A DNA stretch of 33,829 bases, from positions 1-33,829 of IMG/VR virus record IMGVR_UViG_3300005611_001571, one strand, 5' to 3'. Made by a program: the position numbers and the translations under genes. This DNA comes from a virus (lineage: Duplodnaviria; Caudoviricetes). The notes beneath the pieces are model-generated. The model made no database searches. It saw nothing but the letters and a program-made list of their open reading frames with translations, and was not told the DNA's origin. This document shows, one piece after another, positions 32,895-33,829 of this stretch. How positions within the stretch are numbered: position 1 is the stretch's first letter; each line of letters starts with the position of its first letter.

Positions 32895-33829
32895 TTATTT
32901 GAGTTGTGCTTCGTTACCGCAAAAAATAGCATCTAACTCAGTGGAGTTAAAAATTTGTTTAGCATGTTCTGTTTTAGATGCTATCGGTTTACCAGCAATG
33001 TTGAGAGATGTATTTAGCAACACACCGTAACCAGTGAGTTTTTTAAACTCGGTTAGTATCTCAGAGAAAACCCCATCTTTGACTGTTTGAAGCCTAGTAG
33101 AGTTATCTACGTGAGTTATAGAGGGAAATTCATCAGTTTTGACATCAACATTTACGTTCATATAGGGAATCTCTTTTGGTGCCTCAAAGTAAAGTTCTGC
33201 ATCTTCTAGTAAGCAAGCAGCACCAAAAGGCCTAAAAGACTCACGATGTTTTACCTTGTTATTAATAATATCTTTTCCATCTTTAATACTTGGATCCATA
33301 AGAATTGATCTATTGCCCAAAGCTCTTGGACCTACTTCACCTTGTCCTTGATAAACTCCAACTATTTTACCTTTGGCAAGTTCTTCAGCTATCTTTTTTA
33401 TTTGAGTTTTATCAGTCAATTCAGGGGACTCATCGGTACATTGCCAAAAAGGAAATCCATCTTTAGGCAAGGGGTTAATATTCTCCATCAGCCGAAGAAG
33501 TTCAAGCGCTCCAATAGATAATCCTGAGTCAGACACTGTAGGACTGAATTGCATATCAAAATGTTTATAAAGCTTACCATTAAAAACTGAACTCTGAGCT
33601 AAACCACCAGTAAAAGATTTGGAGCCAGAGAACTCACCAAAGTAATCAACTAACTTATCACCTGTCCATTCGTGTACAGTTCGTATCCAGTCAACAAGTT
33701 TAATATGCTTACTTTTATAAGGATAAGTCCAAGTTTGCCAAACGTCTCTCAGCGAGAAGTTATTTAAATGGTTATAAAAATTTGTGTCCAAAGTACCGTA
33801 AGCTTGATAACCCATAACTTTACCTGCTA
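32895..33829 (-). CDS. Carbamoyltransferase (CmcH/NodU/TobZ family), 5' partial
   Basis: GKVMG..AYG, TGG.A, D.GLSIG, E.GPRALGNRSIL, VKHRE.FRPF, THVD.S.R.QTV, LLNTSLN; frame open to the window edge. Confidence 0.92.
   Translation of the reverse strand, partial: AGKVMGYQAYGTLDTNFYNHLNNFSLRDVWQTWTYPYKSKHIKLVDWIRTVHEWTGDKLVDYFGEFSGSKSFTGGLAQSSVFNGKLYKHFDMQFSPTVSDSGLSIGALELLRLMENINPLPKDGFPFWQCTDESPELTDKTQIKKIAEELAKGKIVGVYQGQGEVGPRALGNRSILMDPSIKDGKDIINNKVKHRESFRPFGAACLLEDAELYFEAPKEIPYMNVNVDVKTDEFPSITHVDNSTRLQTVKDGVFSEILTEFKKLTGYGVLLNTSLNIAGKPIASKTEHAKQIFNSTELDAIFCGNEAQLK

Noticed and set aside
1-33829. CRISPR array, DGR/retron, transposase, integrase or stop-codon recoding
   Set aside because: No regularly spaced repeats, RT or recombinase motifs were seen. 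Genes are intact in code 11 with TAA, TAG and TGA all used as stops, and there is no suppressor tRNA
29039-33829. Interpretation as a bacterial chromosome segment
   Set aside because: Binding proteins lack permeases and ATPases, pyrB lacks partner genes, and the block is contiguous and co-oriented with spanins and phage-type ORFs

Overview
This AT-rich window is coded almost entirely on the minus strand and reads as an accessory region of a large lytic phage. The likely host is a marine Proteobacterium, probably Alphaproteobacteria; this is inferred from PstS, BMP, Hsp20 and Prx genes mixed with spanins, tRNAs and many tiny ORFs. No capsid, terminase or polymerase gene is present. In transcription order (right to left) it carries: a partial carbamoyltransferase; BMP-family binding protein, IPNS-like oxygenase, pyrB and a pho-box-controlled pstS; overlapping i/o-spanins; a six-gene envelope cassette with pilin-like and chaperone-like members; a thermonuclease; a 2OG oxygenase; UvsE; a block of very basic mini-proteins; a lipase; a zincless Nei/Fpg glycosylase; ATP-grasp, SprT-like, radical SAM and SWIM proteins; a cytidylyltransferase-cupin fusion; a SleB hydrolase; hsp20 behind a ROSE-type RNA thermometer; eight tRNAs interleaved with small ORFs; a HAD nucleotidase; a peroxiredoxin; an amidinotransferase; and a partial ColD-like PLP enzyme. 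The best leads are the usher-less pilus-like cassette (24049-27454), a tRNA-Ile(UAU) with an extra arm whose 7-nt loop is centred on a second Ile triplet (GAU), the phage ROSE thermometer and the basic mini-protein cluster. All family calls come from motif recognition by eye, not from database searches.
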